A stretch of 64,000 nt of DNA, from NCBI GenBank assembly GCA_964016885.1, contig OZ024741.1, forward strand, positions 383,346,001-383,410,000, given 5' to 3'. Every line of letters begins with the position of its first letter. Position 1 is the stretch's first letter. A program made the position numbers and the translations under genes. The stretch is from Eledone cirrhosa (Eukaryota). Below, in pieces: positions 40,345 through 52,846 of this stretch. The notes beneath the pieces were generated by a model that saw only the letters and a list, made by a program, of their open reading frames with translations, was not told where the DNA came from and did no database searches.

Positions 40345-42270
40345 ATATTTATTAAAATAACATTAAAGTTTAAGCAAAGAATCGCTGCTTTCACCCTTAA
40401 CGGGAACTTCTGAAACTAACAAAGTCAATCTGTAAACGCAGAACTGGATATTTCAAAAAACGTTGCAACCGGAGGAAGACAGGAAGACGATACTTTGGTT
40501 CGTGGTAACGTTCGCTGGCAAAGAACCTGGGAAAAACGAATAATACGTCATTAATAGGAGCGGTGAAAAACAATTACGCGCGAAGACAAAACCACGTTTA
40601 TGGTATAAAAGAGGTCGTAGACTAAAATTCTAACTAGGAGACCAAATGAATCTCCGCTACAGAGTTAAGAACAAAGTAAATAAATACAATACAGAAGTAA
40701 TAGAAACAAATAAATACATACACGCAAACAGATACGTACATACACAAGCATACGCAAAACCTTACCATGGGTATACAAAACCACGCACATATAAATATGT
40801 GTGTGTGCGTATGCTTGTGTACAAATAAATAAATAATTATATAAACGTATATAAGTAAATAAATACGTATATAACAAGCGCACACGCATACCTACATATA
40901 AATACACGAATGTTTGGAGACGTAAGTCAACTAAAACAAGAAGTACACATATACACACACCCACCATACGTACGAATCTGCACACTCACGCGGACGCAAA
41001 ACTCCCGTATACACATAGCCAAACCCTAAATACGAGAATATGTAAACATTTTACGCTATAACAGTCAAATACTCTACGCTACGGACCACATCTTCAACAA
41101 AAAATCTGAGGCAATTTCGGCTTGTAAACATAAATTGCACAAAACTTTCCTGTATTACAGCCCCACGTTATACCCTAACGGATAGCACGATCTATACGTG
41201 GATATTTTACGTCTTGATGTGGGAGCTAAGTATATGTTTTGTTTATTCCTTTACTTATTTGCATAGGTAAGTGTATATTACCCGTATGTTTTGTGGAGGT
41301 ATGTATACCTTCTCGTACGTATATTTGACTGTTATAGCGTATAATTTTTACATATTCTGGTATTTAGGGTTTGGCTATGTGTATACGGGAGTTTTGCGTC
41401 CGCGTGAGTGTGTAGGTTCGTACGTATAGTGGGTATGTGTATATGTGTACTTCTTGTTTTAGTTGACTTACGTCTCCAAACATTCGTGTATTTATATGTA
41501 GGTATGCGTGTGCGCTTGTTATATACGTATTTATTTACTTATATACGTTTATATAATTATTTATTTATTTGTACACAAGCATACACACACACACATATTT
41601 ATATGTGCGTGGTTTTGTATACCCATGGTAAGGTTTTGCGTATGCTTGTGTATGTACGTATCTGTTTGCGTGTATGTATTTATTTGTTTCTATTACTTCT
41701 GTATTGTATTTATTTACTTTGTTCTTAACTCTGTAGCGGAGATTCATTTGGTCTCCTAGTTAGAATTTTAGTCTACGATTTCTGCTATACCATTTACGCG
41801 GTTTTGTCTTTGCGTGCTATTGTTCCCCACGCTCCACATATGACTTATGATCTTCGTTTTTTCGTTCATTGCCAGAGAACGTCTCTATGCACCACCTAAG
41901 AGAACATTAGTCTACGACCTCTTTTATACCATAAACGTGGTTTTGTCTTTGCGCGTAATTGTTTTTAACCGCTCCTATTAATGACGTATTATTCGTTTTT
42001 TCCCGTTCTTTGCCAGCGAACGTTACCACGAACCAAAGTATCGTCTTCCTGTCTTCCTCCGGTTGCAACGTTTTTTGAAATATCCAGTTCTGCGTTTACA
42101 GATTGACTTTGTTAGTTTCAGAAGATCCCGTTAAGGGTGAAAGCAGCGATTCTTTGCTTAAACTTTAATCTGTTATTTTAATAAATATTTGCTCTACGGT
42201 TCTTATATATTTGATATATATTTTCCTTATCGAGCCCTCATTGGACTTTAGTCTTCAATTTTATTATTAT

Positions 42271-42275
<5 letters not shown>
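40345..42275 (+). mobile_element. 5'-truncated Penelope-like element with a long inverted pLTR (arms ~725 and ~865 bp)
   Basis: 40345-41070 is inverted vs 41322-42188. The spacer encodes QILYATDHIFNKKSEAISACKHK.. (41066-41185), the PLE endonuclease C-terminus. There is an HHR in each arm. Confidence 0.85.
42114..42164 (+). ncRNA. Type I hammerhead, U4A variant (inverted copy at 40367-40417)
   Basis: agttt CAGAAGA t-ccc-gttaa-ggg-t GAAAGCA..TG CTT aaact. Confidence 0.6.
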
Positions 42276-42332
<57 letters not shown>

Positions 42333-42482
42333 CAACTAGTATTCCTACATGTAATTGATACACCCAGAGACACAAAGATAGTCCGACCGTATGCCAGTGT
42401 CGTTCAATGGCAAGTTAATAAATTAACAAGCCAGAAAATATAAAATCAAGCGAATGCAGATATAGTATATTTATTCCCTAGA

Positions 42483-42551
<69 letters not shown>

Positions 42552-42558
<7 letters not shown>

Positions 42559-42745
42559 GTGAGGTTTTTTTTACAAAATGAAAAATAACCGAGGTGTCCT
42601 ACACGAGTGGAAGTATAAAGAAAAAGGGATGAAATCGAAAAATGCAACTGAAGTCTTATTTTTTTTTTAAATATATATATTTATATATATATTTTTTAAA
42701 AGAATAAGACTTCAGTTGCATTTTCGATTTCATCCCTTTTTCTTT
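42552..42745 (-). mobile_element. PLE pLTR-like fragment with fold-back (family of 13654-13948)
   Basis: Reverse complement of 13835-13948, plus a palindrome around a short TA tract. Confidence 0.7.
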
Positions 42746-42757
42746 ATATATATATAT

Positions 42758-42846
<89 letters not shown>

Positions 42847-42851
42847 TATAT

Positions 42852-43103
42852 CAAGTATGTTTTGAAACAGTGAGCAGGTTTGTAATTAGAAAATAGAATA
42901 GCTTTCACCGTATTTTTGACTAAAGGAATTTTAGCCTGATAATGGGGTTTAGAACCCTCAGATGAATGGAAAAAGATGAGTATTGACGTACTGTACGTCA
43001 ATACTCATCTTTTTCCATTTATCTGAGGGTTTTAAACCCCATTATCAGGCTAAAATTCCTTTAGTCAAAAATACGGTGAAAGCTATTCTATTTTCTAATT
43101 ACA
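42852..43103. repeat. Near-perfect 223-bp palindrome (42881-43103, centre 42992); family copy at 45775-45914
   Basis: ...gagtattgacgtac t gtacgtcaatactc...; only 2-3 mismatches between the arms. Confidence 0.9.
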
Positions 43104-43731
43104 TATATATAGATATATAGATATATAGATATATATATATATATATATATATATAGTAATTAGTAAAAATACAACGGAGCACCAGCTCCGTTTCGGCTGT
43201 CTTACAAGCTGATTGGCTTTTATTTTACGTGATGATATTACATTTTTCGTTGACCATACTCATAAACATGAAGAGTTGAACTTTCCCTAATTGTTCAGCC
43301 TGTATTTATGTTTATACTTATCGTGTCAAGTATGGTGCCGTATGAATAGAAAAGAGGTGAATATTTAAGTTAACATGATCTCGTCATTGACCCGATGCTT
43401 TTTACATTGTTAAACCCTTCCTTATTTTGTTGAAAACCATTCCGTTAAACTATTTCCACTTAAAGATCATGTTATAAAATTCTGTACATTTTATATCTGT
43501 TATGACTTGTTTGTTGAAGCATAGACAGGCAAATTATATTGTATATAATTCTAGTTATATTGTTAATTTTACATTTTCATGTATAATCATGATTTGATTT
43601 TCACAGGAACTTTGAGACTGTGAATTTATTCATACGATTGATTTATTTTGGATATCTATATGTTGACATCCGCAGAATGTATGTGGGGAGCGAGAAAGCT
43701 CTACAAGATTGACACTCTGGATAGTAATTTG

Positions 43732-44018
43732 AGGCGTGTGGCCTAGTGCTAAGGCGTGTTGGATTGCGATCATTATGTCGTGGGTCGATTTCTGGGCAGG
43801 GTTGTATGTTGTGTTCTTGAACAAAACACATTATTTCACATTACACCAGTACACTCAGTTGAAAATGAGTACCAAGAATAGCTGGGGGTATAAATCTGGG
43901 ATGAACCGGTATCGAGTCCATGAGGGAATCTTGTACTCTCTGTCACTTAGTTCCAGGTAAACCGGGATAAGCACCGGCCTGATGAGCCCCCGGGCTCGAG
44001 ACAGACTTTAAACGTTTA
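43732..44018 (+). mobile_element. Full-length tRNA-derived CORE-like SINE
   Basis: A box tggcctagtgctaa, B box-like gggtcgatttc, core gtgttcttgaacaaaacac...aaaatgagtacc. Confidence 0.8.
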
Positions 44019-44647
44019 GATAGTTATGTTTTGGATACGACAGGAGTGTGAGCGCTCCATTTACCTCCTGTCAATTGACGGAAATTAGAAACTTCTGTTC
44101 TTTTGTTCTGCTAGTGTTCCACAGCACTCCAAGACCCATGAAACTCGTGTTGTACATCTTGAGTTTAAATTGTTGCAAGAAAGATATGTGCCGGGAGATA
44201 ATTCCAGAGAAAATGTGTTGGATTAATGTAAGTTCAGGAGGGGAAACAAAATGGGGGCTTAATGCCTGAGTGGATTGACGTACTCAGTCGGTATTACGCG
44301 GCCTGATTTTATATATTCAATATTGAGAAGCAATAGTTTATCAAGGATTAATTCAAAATCAGTATATATTTGGAGTGAACATTTAGTCAATCAATTTTAA
44401 AGAGATTTCAATTAATTTAAATGCCTGTCAATGGTTTGTTCCTCCAAAAATTCCAAAGAGAATCTGATTCAGAGGGTATTCTAATGCACGTAAAGACATA
44501 AGAAGATCTGACGGTTTTATTTCTATTCAACTTCAGATGTTGAAATGATTGCCGGGCTACATTTTATTTATTTAAACTAGAAAATTGCTCTTAGGTTTAA
44601 TATAAATTGTTCCTACTGTTGTTCGATTGTTTTTCTTATATACGTAG

Positions 44648-44707
<60 letters not shown>

Positions 44708-45914
44708 TTGTGTGTATATATATATCATATATATATATGTATAAATATATATGTATGCATATATTCATATGTCTGTGGTGTCAGTGTGTGAATGAGTGTT
44801 TGTGTGAATGCGTGTTTGTATGTACAGTATTTTGTTTTGCACATATTTTAGTTTATACAATAAAAGCTTTACAAATAGATGTTTAGATTTGAATTAGTTT
44901 TCGCCGTATTTCTAAATATGAAAATGTTTATAGAAAGCAATTCGTACGTTTTAATATAATGAAACCTTCCAGCTATATTCACCATCTATTAATAAAATTA
45001 TCATTTACATTAGTAGTTAATTTTAGCAACATATTGAATTAAAAGGTTACGACCTACTTACCTTTCTACCTTTTTATATTATTGGGTACCGCCTCTTCAC
45101 ACCTATGCATAAGCAATATAAATTCAGTTACACTTGTTATTGTTGATTTTAATATCTATGTATGTATCTCACTATCTATATCTTTATTTATCCATCTATC
45201 TATCTCTCCCCCCTCTCTCCATGTCTCTGTATCTTTCTATATATATATATATATATGCGCATACACACACACACACATATATATATATGTATATATATGG
45301 GGTGCTGTTTATTCATACATACATTTAAGTATATATATATATATATATATATATATACAAATATAAATTAGCGAGAATCGTATTTCGGCTTTGGAATTAG
45401 CGAAAATCAACTTCCGAGATGAGTGGCAAATAATTCTGACGCACCAGAGCTACAACATACGTTAAAGGCCAAACACACTGAGACGATGGTTAAACCGTCA
45501 TCCGCATAGCCATAGAAACGACCAAGCAATTCGAGTCAAACAAATAAAAAAATATGTGATTGAAAAAATTTACCCGGACCCCTGGATGGTTGGTAAAATC
45601 CAGCATTTGGGTTTCTGCGACTCCTAAATCAAGTACTGTCCGCTTAGACAAATAATGTTAGGCTTCTGGTAAGATGATTGAACAAGGAAGTCACTTTCTC
45701 AACAGGTTTTAGTTCAAGTGCCAGGGCAAGGAATGACCGTTACCGATACCCACGTGGGGCTCGATATATATATATAAGTATGGTTTGAAACAGTGAGCAG
45801 GTTTGAAATTCGAAAATAGAATAGCTTTCACCGTATATTTGACTAAAGAAATGTTAGTCTGATAATGCCGTTTCGAACCCTCAGATAAATAGAAAAAGAT
45901 GAGTATTGACGTAC

Positions 45915-47263
45915 ATGGGAGTCGAACCCACATCTTTGGATAACCAAAAATTAGAAAACTATTTAATAAGTTAAGCCGTAACATCACTTTTGAACTCAAT
46001 TCTAAAAAAGCTAACTTCTTAGATGTATCGCTTAACCTAAACACAGGACTAATAGAGCCCTTCCATAAAAATAATGAAAATTTAGCTTACATTAATTATA
46101 ACTCTAATCACCCTCTATCCGTAATTAATTCCACAGCACATAGTATATCCCTTAGAATCTCCCGCCTATCTTCTAATCTAGAGACTTTTAACGAACACGC
46201 TAACTACTACAACATAGATTTACTTATGGCAGGCCATAAAGAGAGACTCAAATACATACCAAATACAAAAGATTAACAACACACTTAATAGAAATAACAC
46301 TATCGAAGCAACAAATCTAGGACTAAACATAGCAATTGGCAACAAGCACGTGTATTAAGTGAACAGAATACTAATAGAAAGACCACTAATAACTATAGAA
46401 GATGTAGAGATAGAAAGTACTTATGGTTCAATCCAGTGTTTATGTCCTCTATAAAAACAAAACTACCTTATACTTTCTTCAAATTGGTTGACAAACACTT
46501 CCCTAAAATTCATAAATATCATAAAATCTTTAATAGAAAAACTATCAAACTATCATACTCCACTGCCAACAACATAGAATCGCACATACATAAAATTAAC
46601 TATAAAAGAATTTATAATGCAAGTAGCCCGCAAATAAGTACCATAACGCCAAATACAAAACATAAACATATAACATCATCACAACCAAACACACGTCAGA
46701 ACACATCATCACAACCAAACACACGTCAGAACACATCACCACAATACATCAACAAACCCAATTCTCAGCCCATACATGACAATTTACAAAACCATATTGA
46801 AGAACCGGCACATAGAAAACATAGAAAAGCATCTAAATATAGTTGTCATCTACCTGACAAATTCCCATTACAAAATAGACGCCTAGAGTCTAATATAGTA
46901 TATCTATGTACTATAAAGTCAGGCAGCTTAACATGGCATTACATAGGATCTACAGCTGGAGAATTTAAGAAAAAGTGGTATGTCCACAGACACTCTATGA
47001 TTAACAGGAAGCTCATAAATACAACAACTCTCGCCAATAGAATATGGCAACTCAGAGATGCAAACATGGAATATAAAATCAACTGGACGAAGCTATCGGC
47101 AACAACGGCCTATGGAATTGGCATATCCCAATGTGGTCTTTGTAATATGGAACTTTTCCACATTTTAAAGTACAACAAAACGCTACTTAACAGTAAAATT
47201 AAAAGAACTATTTACTGTAGGCATAAAACGGCGACCAAATTTGAGAACTTTAGAACAGCTTAA
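45915..47263 (+). pseudogene. Penelope-like element ORF (RT thumb, linker, GIY-YIG), 5'-truncated; Hydra-clade-like
   Basis: ANFLDVSLNL, YINYNSNHP, WFNP..KHFP..HKIFNRKTIKLSYS, IVY..YIGST..FK, CGLCNME, CRHK; break near 46275. Confidence 0.9.
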
Positions 47264-47350
47264 TTCATCTTATCTATCCCATAACCCAAATTGTACCATT
47301 TAGATCTATTATAATATCACATCATCATCATTATTGTTATAATCGTAAAA

Positions 47351-47762
47351 GGCGGTGGATTGGCAGTATGGGTAGAGGGTCTGACGCCATGCTTTGCAGC
47401 AAAGAATTACGGCCCTTTATGGTCTGAGTTCAAATCCCGCCGAGGTTAACCTTGCCTTTCATCCTTACGGGGTCGATAAAATAAAGTACCAGTCACGCAC
47501 TGTGGGCAATTTCATCGACCCCCCCCCCCAATTGATGGCATTGTGCCTAAATAAGAAACCATTATTCTTGATGCTGTGAATTGGCAGTATCAGTAGAGGG
47601 TCGGATGCCATGCTTTCCAGCATAGTTACGCCCCTTTACGGTCTGAGTTCAAATCCCGTCGTTGTTAACTTTGCCTTTCATCCTTACGGGGTAAATAAAA
47701 TAAAGTACCAGTAATGTACTGGGTAATTGCTGGCCTTGTGCCAAAAGTAGAAACAATTATTA
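47351..47762 (+). mobile_element. Head-to-tail dimer of Meta-domain-like SINEs
   Basis: Two copies with gagttcaaatccc (B box) and tttcatccttacggggt..ataaaataaagtaccagt. Confidence 0.85.
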
Positions 47763-47817
47763 TTGATGCTGTAATTTGAATTTGTAGATTTTCCGGTTAT
47801 ATATATATGTTTTTATA

Positions 47818-47929
47818 ACAGTTTCTGATGACATGATTGAGCTAGCATCCTATTTAAAATTGAGTGGCACTGCTTCTTGTGTTTAGCAATTTTTAGACAA
47901 CTCAACCAGAGAAACAATTGTTAGACTGT
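47818..47929 (+). ncRNA. Type I hammerhead with extended stem II
   Basis: acagttt CTGATGA [79-nt stem II: tgattgag/ctcaacca, aaaattg/caatttt] GAAAC AATT GTT agactgt, then AATAAA. Confidence 0.7.
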
Positions 47930-48149
47930 AAATAAATTCCTCTTTTTTATACTGTTGACCATGTTATTCTTCACATTTTTTCAATTGTATTACTCCAAGA
48001 TAAACTTACATAGGAATACAAGCTAACTCATAAACTCGCCATCTACGTAAACCTCTTGTTGAGTCAAACAAAGCCGTACGCTAAAACTATCCACAATAAG
48101 AAGTATTCACAACCTCTAACTGGATTACCTATAACGATATTTTGTTATC

Positions 48150-48183
<34 letters not shown>

Positions 48184-48496
48184 GATAACAAAATCTTGGT
48201 ATGTTTATATACATTTTTTGTTCTAAATTTTATTTTATACCTAATTGTGTATGGTTGACGATATATTTAATCGATTTCCACGTGGTATTGAAATGGTGGG
48301 TAAATATTCGATAGCTGTTGATCGCGAATAGATGGCTGTCGTTTATTTATCTATTATTTCTTTATAGGTGCCTTTTAATCTTATAGCCTGGTTTAATTAT
48401 TTTTTTGTGTGGTTGATTATACTGATCGGGAGAGGATATGGTGTATATATCTCATTAAATGATTCTATGGACATACTTTATTGTATGTATATATAT

Positions 48497-48623
48497 AGTT
48501 TTAATATAGATGAGATTCTACAGGACTAGAACTCTTTCATTCTTTAGAAATCAACAGGAATCCTGATGATTTCTAAAGAATGAAACAGTTCTAGTCCTGT
48601 AGAATCTCATCTATATTAAAACT
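48497..48623. repeat. 127-bp palindrome whose right arm is a hammerhead (48557-48607, +)
   Basis: ggaatc CTGATGA t-ttc-taaa-gaa-t GAAACAG..CT GTA gaatct; the left arm has two core mismatches. Confidence 0.75.
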
Positions 48624-48690
48624 TGTATACTCTGCAATGTATTGAGTACCTTACTTACTGTGGTTACCTCCGATTCAACCCGGAATAAAG

Positions 48691-48751
<61 letters not shown>

Positions 48752-49269
48752 CATTTATATATATATATACACATAAGGACATGCACATCCATACACAATC
48801 CACATGCATACTCACAAGACCATGCATGTCCATATGGGGGTCAGGTGTTGGTAGAGATAGGCTGCGGATTCACACCTAACTGTATCATATACAGGCACGC
48901 ACATATGTACGTAATATATTTATACAGCCATTCAAGATTTAGGGAAGAGGAGGTGGCAAAATTATATGCAGAAATACCTTTGGGAATTATAGTATGTAAA
49001 AGGAAACTTACGGGGTGAGTGATGGTTGGTTGGAGGCACAGTGTAGTTAGTAGGTGAATACACTTGGTGAGTAGTGGGAAGTTGAGTGTTGGCCGGATTC
49101 TCTGCAGGTGGGTTTCCGGGGATGTGCGACTGTTTGGGCAGGAAAGTAGGGTGGGGCTTAGTCCAAATACAGGTGACTGTGTTGGCTTCCATGCCAAGTG
49201 ATTCGGTATTTCGTTGCTTGTTAGGTGTGGACCAATAGCCTCCATGTTTGTGGGTTAGTTTGAGGAATA

Positions 49270-49585
49270 GGCACAATTTGCTATGTGGTGCGTGCATTTG
49301 CTAACTAGTTCGGATATTTTATTTATTAATGAGTCGTTGTCGAAGAAAATGCAAAGTGACTCGGTCGAACACACTTTGCAAGGGCTTCCCCATCCTGTGT
49401 AGGTTAAGGTTCCTTGTGATGGTGGTCCAACGTTGTTGGTAGGGTAATACTTTTTAGCTTACTCGCCAGAGGTGGCTAGAGAGGCTTGTTGTTAGCTTTC
49501 CCTCTGCATGTCGAAAGAAATATTTATGCTGCGTGAATGTGGTTTTGAAAATGTTAGCCGATATAACTATGTATGTTTTTTAGGG
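49270..49585 (-). pseudogene. Penelope-like GIY-YIG endonuclease remnant
   Basis: KTYI..ANIFKTTFTQHKYFFR; TSLSSHLW; CKVCSTE; LINKISELVSKCTH. Confidence 0.75.
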
Positions 49586-50909
49586 AAGAAAACACACACA
49601 CAGACACACGCACACACACACGCATATATATATATATATAGGTGCCAAGGTAATAAGAAGCTATATATAAATGTGAACGACTTCCGTCCGTCCTTCCGTC
49701 ACACAAAGTCTGTGTTTGTGCGAATGTATGTCTGTGCGTGTGTATTTTTGGAAGTTTGTCTATGTTTGCTCGTTTATATATATATATACTCATACATAAA
49801 GTTGTTTGCATACACAAATACACACATGCACACACATCAACACATACGCTGCAGTGTGTTGAAAAAAGCTCCTACTTGCATAAAATAGAACAAAAGAATT
49901 GAGGAAACAATGGGAACGGTAGAACTTCACCTTAGCAATTTTAATGATCACAAATATTTTCGGATTTACCATCCATTATTAAGAGGGTCCGTGGGGTGGG
50001 ACTCAGAGAGCAATCTGAGAAGAGTGGTTTATGGCTGGTCGATTTAATTTGAATGAATGAAAAAAGAAAGGTTAAAGTTTAATGTCATTTTGCGCATGTG
50101 TTTAGGGGAAAACGTGTGAATATGTGTGTTATATGTACGTATGTGTGGGGGTGTAAGTGTGCATGGGTAGTGAGGAACGCAGATTTCCGGGCAAGGAAGT
50201 AATTGATGTATGTATGTGTGTAGTTGATCTGCAACATTTATGTGTTTATTTGTCTGCTAGATGACCACTCGACCAGCCATCAACAACTCACAACAACTCT
50301 CTTCAGATTGCTATCTGTCACGTTTCATCTCGAAGTTCCATGACCAACAGAACAACCTCTTACATACACGGAGATAGCAACTGTTCATGAAGTTGCACAT
50401 AATGTACCAATTTGTGATTTGAGACAACATAAAAATCGACTTAATGCTTTGCTGCCGTGGGTAAAACGCTATGTTAACCAACTTCAAATCACTGGTCTCG
50501 GATTTTCTACGAAGACCACATTACCTCTATCTAACCAACTGACAACTATATATATCCATACAGGATAGCCCTGAAGTTCATATTGGCATGCTTATCATCA
50601 GAACGCCAATATGATTTCAACTGAAATCTGGATAAAGTACATCGACTTTAACATAGCATATACCAAATAAAAGCCTTCATTAAACCCTGCAGCGATGCAA
50701 GATTTACTATTTAATGTTTAAAAAAAAAACACGTGCCAAATTTAACAGCTCGATCAGGCTACACATGTATCCCGTGACCAGTTGCCTACTGAATCCGGTG
50801 AAACTAAGATAGGCAAGCAGGAAAGCGGATAGGGAGACGATAAAAAAACAGACTGACCGACAGGGAGGCAGGCAGGCAAATCAACATATAGGAAGTTAAG
50901 CAGGCAAAC

Positions 50910-51215
50910 AGAGGTCGCCGTCGAGACCTCAGGCATACTTGGACTCGGTACTGCCGAGCTCTTGCGCAAGATCAGAACGTCGGCGGTCCGTTTGAGGAAG
51001 GAGCCTCGCGAGGTGAGGTAGCTGTTGCAGCGGGTGTCGCTGGCCATTGTCCGCGGGACGCAGCACCATTACCGCTGCACCCTAAACCCAGAGCCCAATC
51101 ACTCCACACTTCCCATTCTTCTGTCACACTAGAGCCCTTGCATTTCTCTTCCTTTTCCGTTTTTTTATATTTTCTTATTTTACATTCCATCCTTTCTTCT
51201 CAATTCGATAAATAA
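50910..51215 (+). mobile_element. 3' fragment of a CRE-clade non-LTR retrotransposon
   Basis: VAVETSGILG...EPREVR*LLQRVSLAIVRG matches the CRE RLE C-terminal pattern; short 3' UTR with AATAAA. Confidence 0.7.
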
Positions 51216-51235
51216 ATATATTATATGATAGATAT

Positions 51236-51274
<39 letters not shown>

Positions 51275-51276
51275 TA

Positions 51277-52798
51277 TTTCTTTATTAGCCACAGGGGCAC
51301 AAAAGAAGGGGACAAATACAAAGGGGGAAGTTTACATACAATAAAAACGTGTAAAATGTTATCACAGATGGAATTTAAAAGTTAGTCGATTTTCCCCAAT
51401 AGAGGGAGACAGTTTATATGGGTAACACAGACCCCCGAAAAAAATGTGCAACCCTCATCTCCAGGAGTACGAAGAGCTTGTACTCCTTTCCTCTCCTCCT
51501 CCTTTTCCTCAACCTACAGGCTGATATAGAGAGAAGGCCCATTCACTCGGGCCATTCTCGCCACTTTCACCCACCTTTCATAAAACTTGCTGGGGTACAG
51601 CACCTCTCTCTCCATCCTGATTCTTCTTCCAAAGTGGTATTTGAAAAAAAGAATCAGTTGTTGGCCGGAGAGAAAGGTGTCTGACCTCAGCCCTTTCAAC
51701 CTTGTCCACCATACAACCTCTTTCGCCATAGCTATCACACAAAGGAAAACCGCCTCTCCTTCGTTTTTGAAGGAGGGTGGCGGTTTGATCATGACAATGG
51801 ACTCGGTGGTCAACTGGATTGGTCCCACCCGCGACAATAGTCGTTCCACATAGCCCCACAGGTCAGTGACGCCCGGGCAGTGTATGAATGCGTGCGCGAC
51901 GGTTTCTTCGTCTCGCACGCACCTCGGACAGATCTTTTTTGCAGGGTCCCTGCCCGGGCGCCCATGTCTGTAGAGCTTGTCTCGAACTGGTAGAGCTCCT
52001 CGGTAGCACTGCCAGGCCAGGGACTTTTGGAAGTTGTCCATCGGTCCCGGGCGGAAGGTCCTACCGAACAGACTGGCCAGTTCATCTTCCTCCACGCCTA
52101 GAGTTTCACCGAGCGCGTCGTCGCACTTGCTGCGGACCAACCCTCTATAGAATGACGAAGTGGAGTCTCCACTGATCGCCGGGTCCGCCTGCCAGAGGGC
52201 TGTGAGCGCCTGAGCACATTCGATGTGCCAGTCGCCCATTTTCCTCGGTCTCTGCTTGACCCAGGACTGCAGCTCGGTCAGCGAGACGAGTCGTGGGAAG
52301 GCTCGCCTCACGAACGGGGCCCACACCGGTTGTCCGGTGAGGAATACGTAGAGATGCCGCAGCCTGAGCGCGTGTTTGCGCATCGTCAACCACGGCATCC
52401 CCAGCCCTCCGTTAGAAGGGTGTTGGCAGCAGATGGATCTTCTTACCAAAGGAGCCCGCCTCTTCCAAAGGAATCGGAAGAGGGCGCGCTCCATTTTGGC
52501 GAGCGTTTTGGCTGGACAAGGCACGACGGTCAAGCGGTAGTAGATGGCGGACGCTATAAAAGTGTTCGCCACCTCCGCTCGACCTTTCAAGGATAGTTTG
52601 CACTCGGCCCACTTCTGGGTGAGTGCAAACACCTTGGCCGTCACTTCGTTCCAGTTCTTCTCCACCTGGAGGTCCGGACCAAACCAGACCCCGAGCAGCT
52701 TTACCGGTCCTTCCGTCCAGCGTCCGACGACGCCATCGGAAGGCATCGGTCTGCCTCTCCACGATCCGAGTTGCAAACCGATGGACTTGTCCCGGTTC

Positions 52799-52800
<2 letters not shown>
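51277..52800 (-). mobile_element. 5'-truncated Tx1-clade LINE inserted in (GATA)n
   Basis: Open ORF2 C-terminus (LNRDKSIGLQLG..CPRC..HAFIHC), homologous to 30428-31700. (GATA)n at 51237-51274 and 52799-52846. Confidence 0.95.

Positions 52801-52846
<46 letters not shown>

Noticed and set aside
43732-43810. tRNA gene
   Set aside because: tRNA-like head of a SINE; no intact cloverleaf.
50290-50570. ~75-codon open stretch and an IHGD.N motif in another frame
   Set aside because: Too degenerate to assign as an exon or endonuclease remnant.
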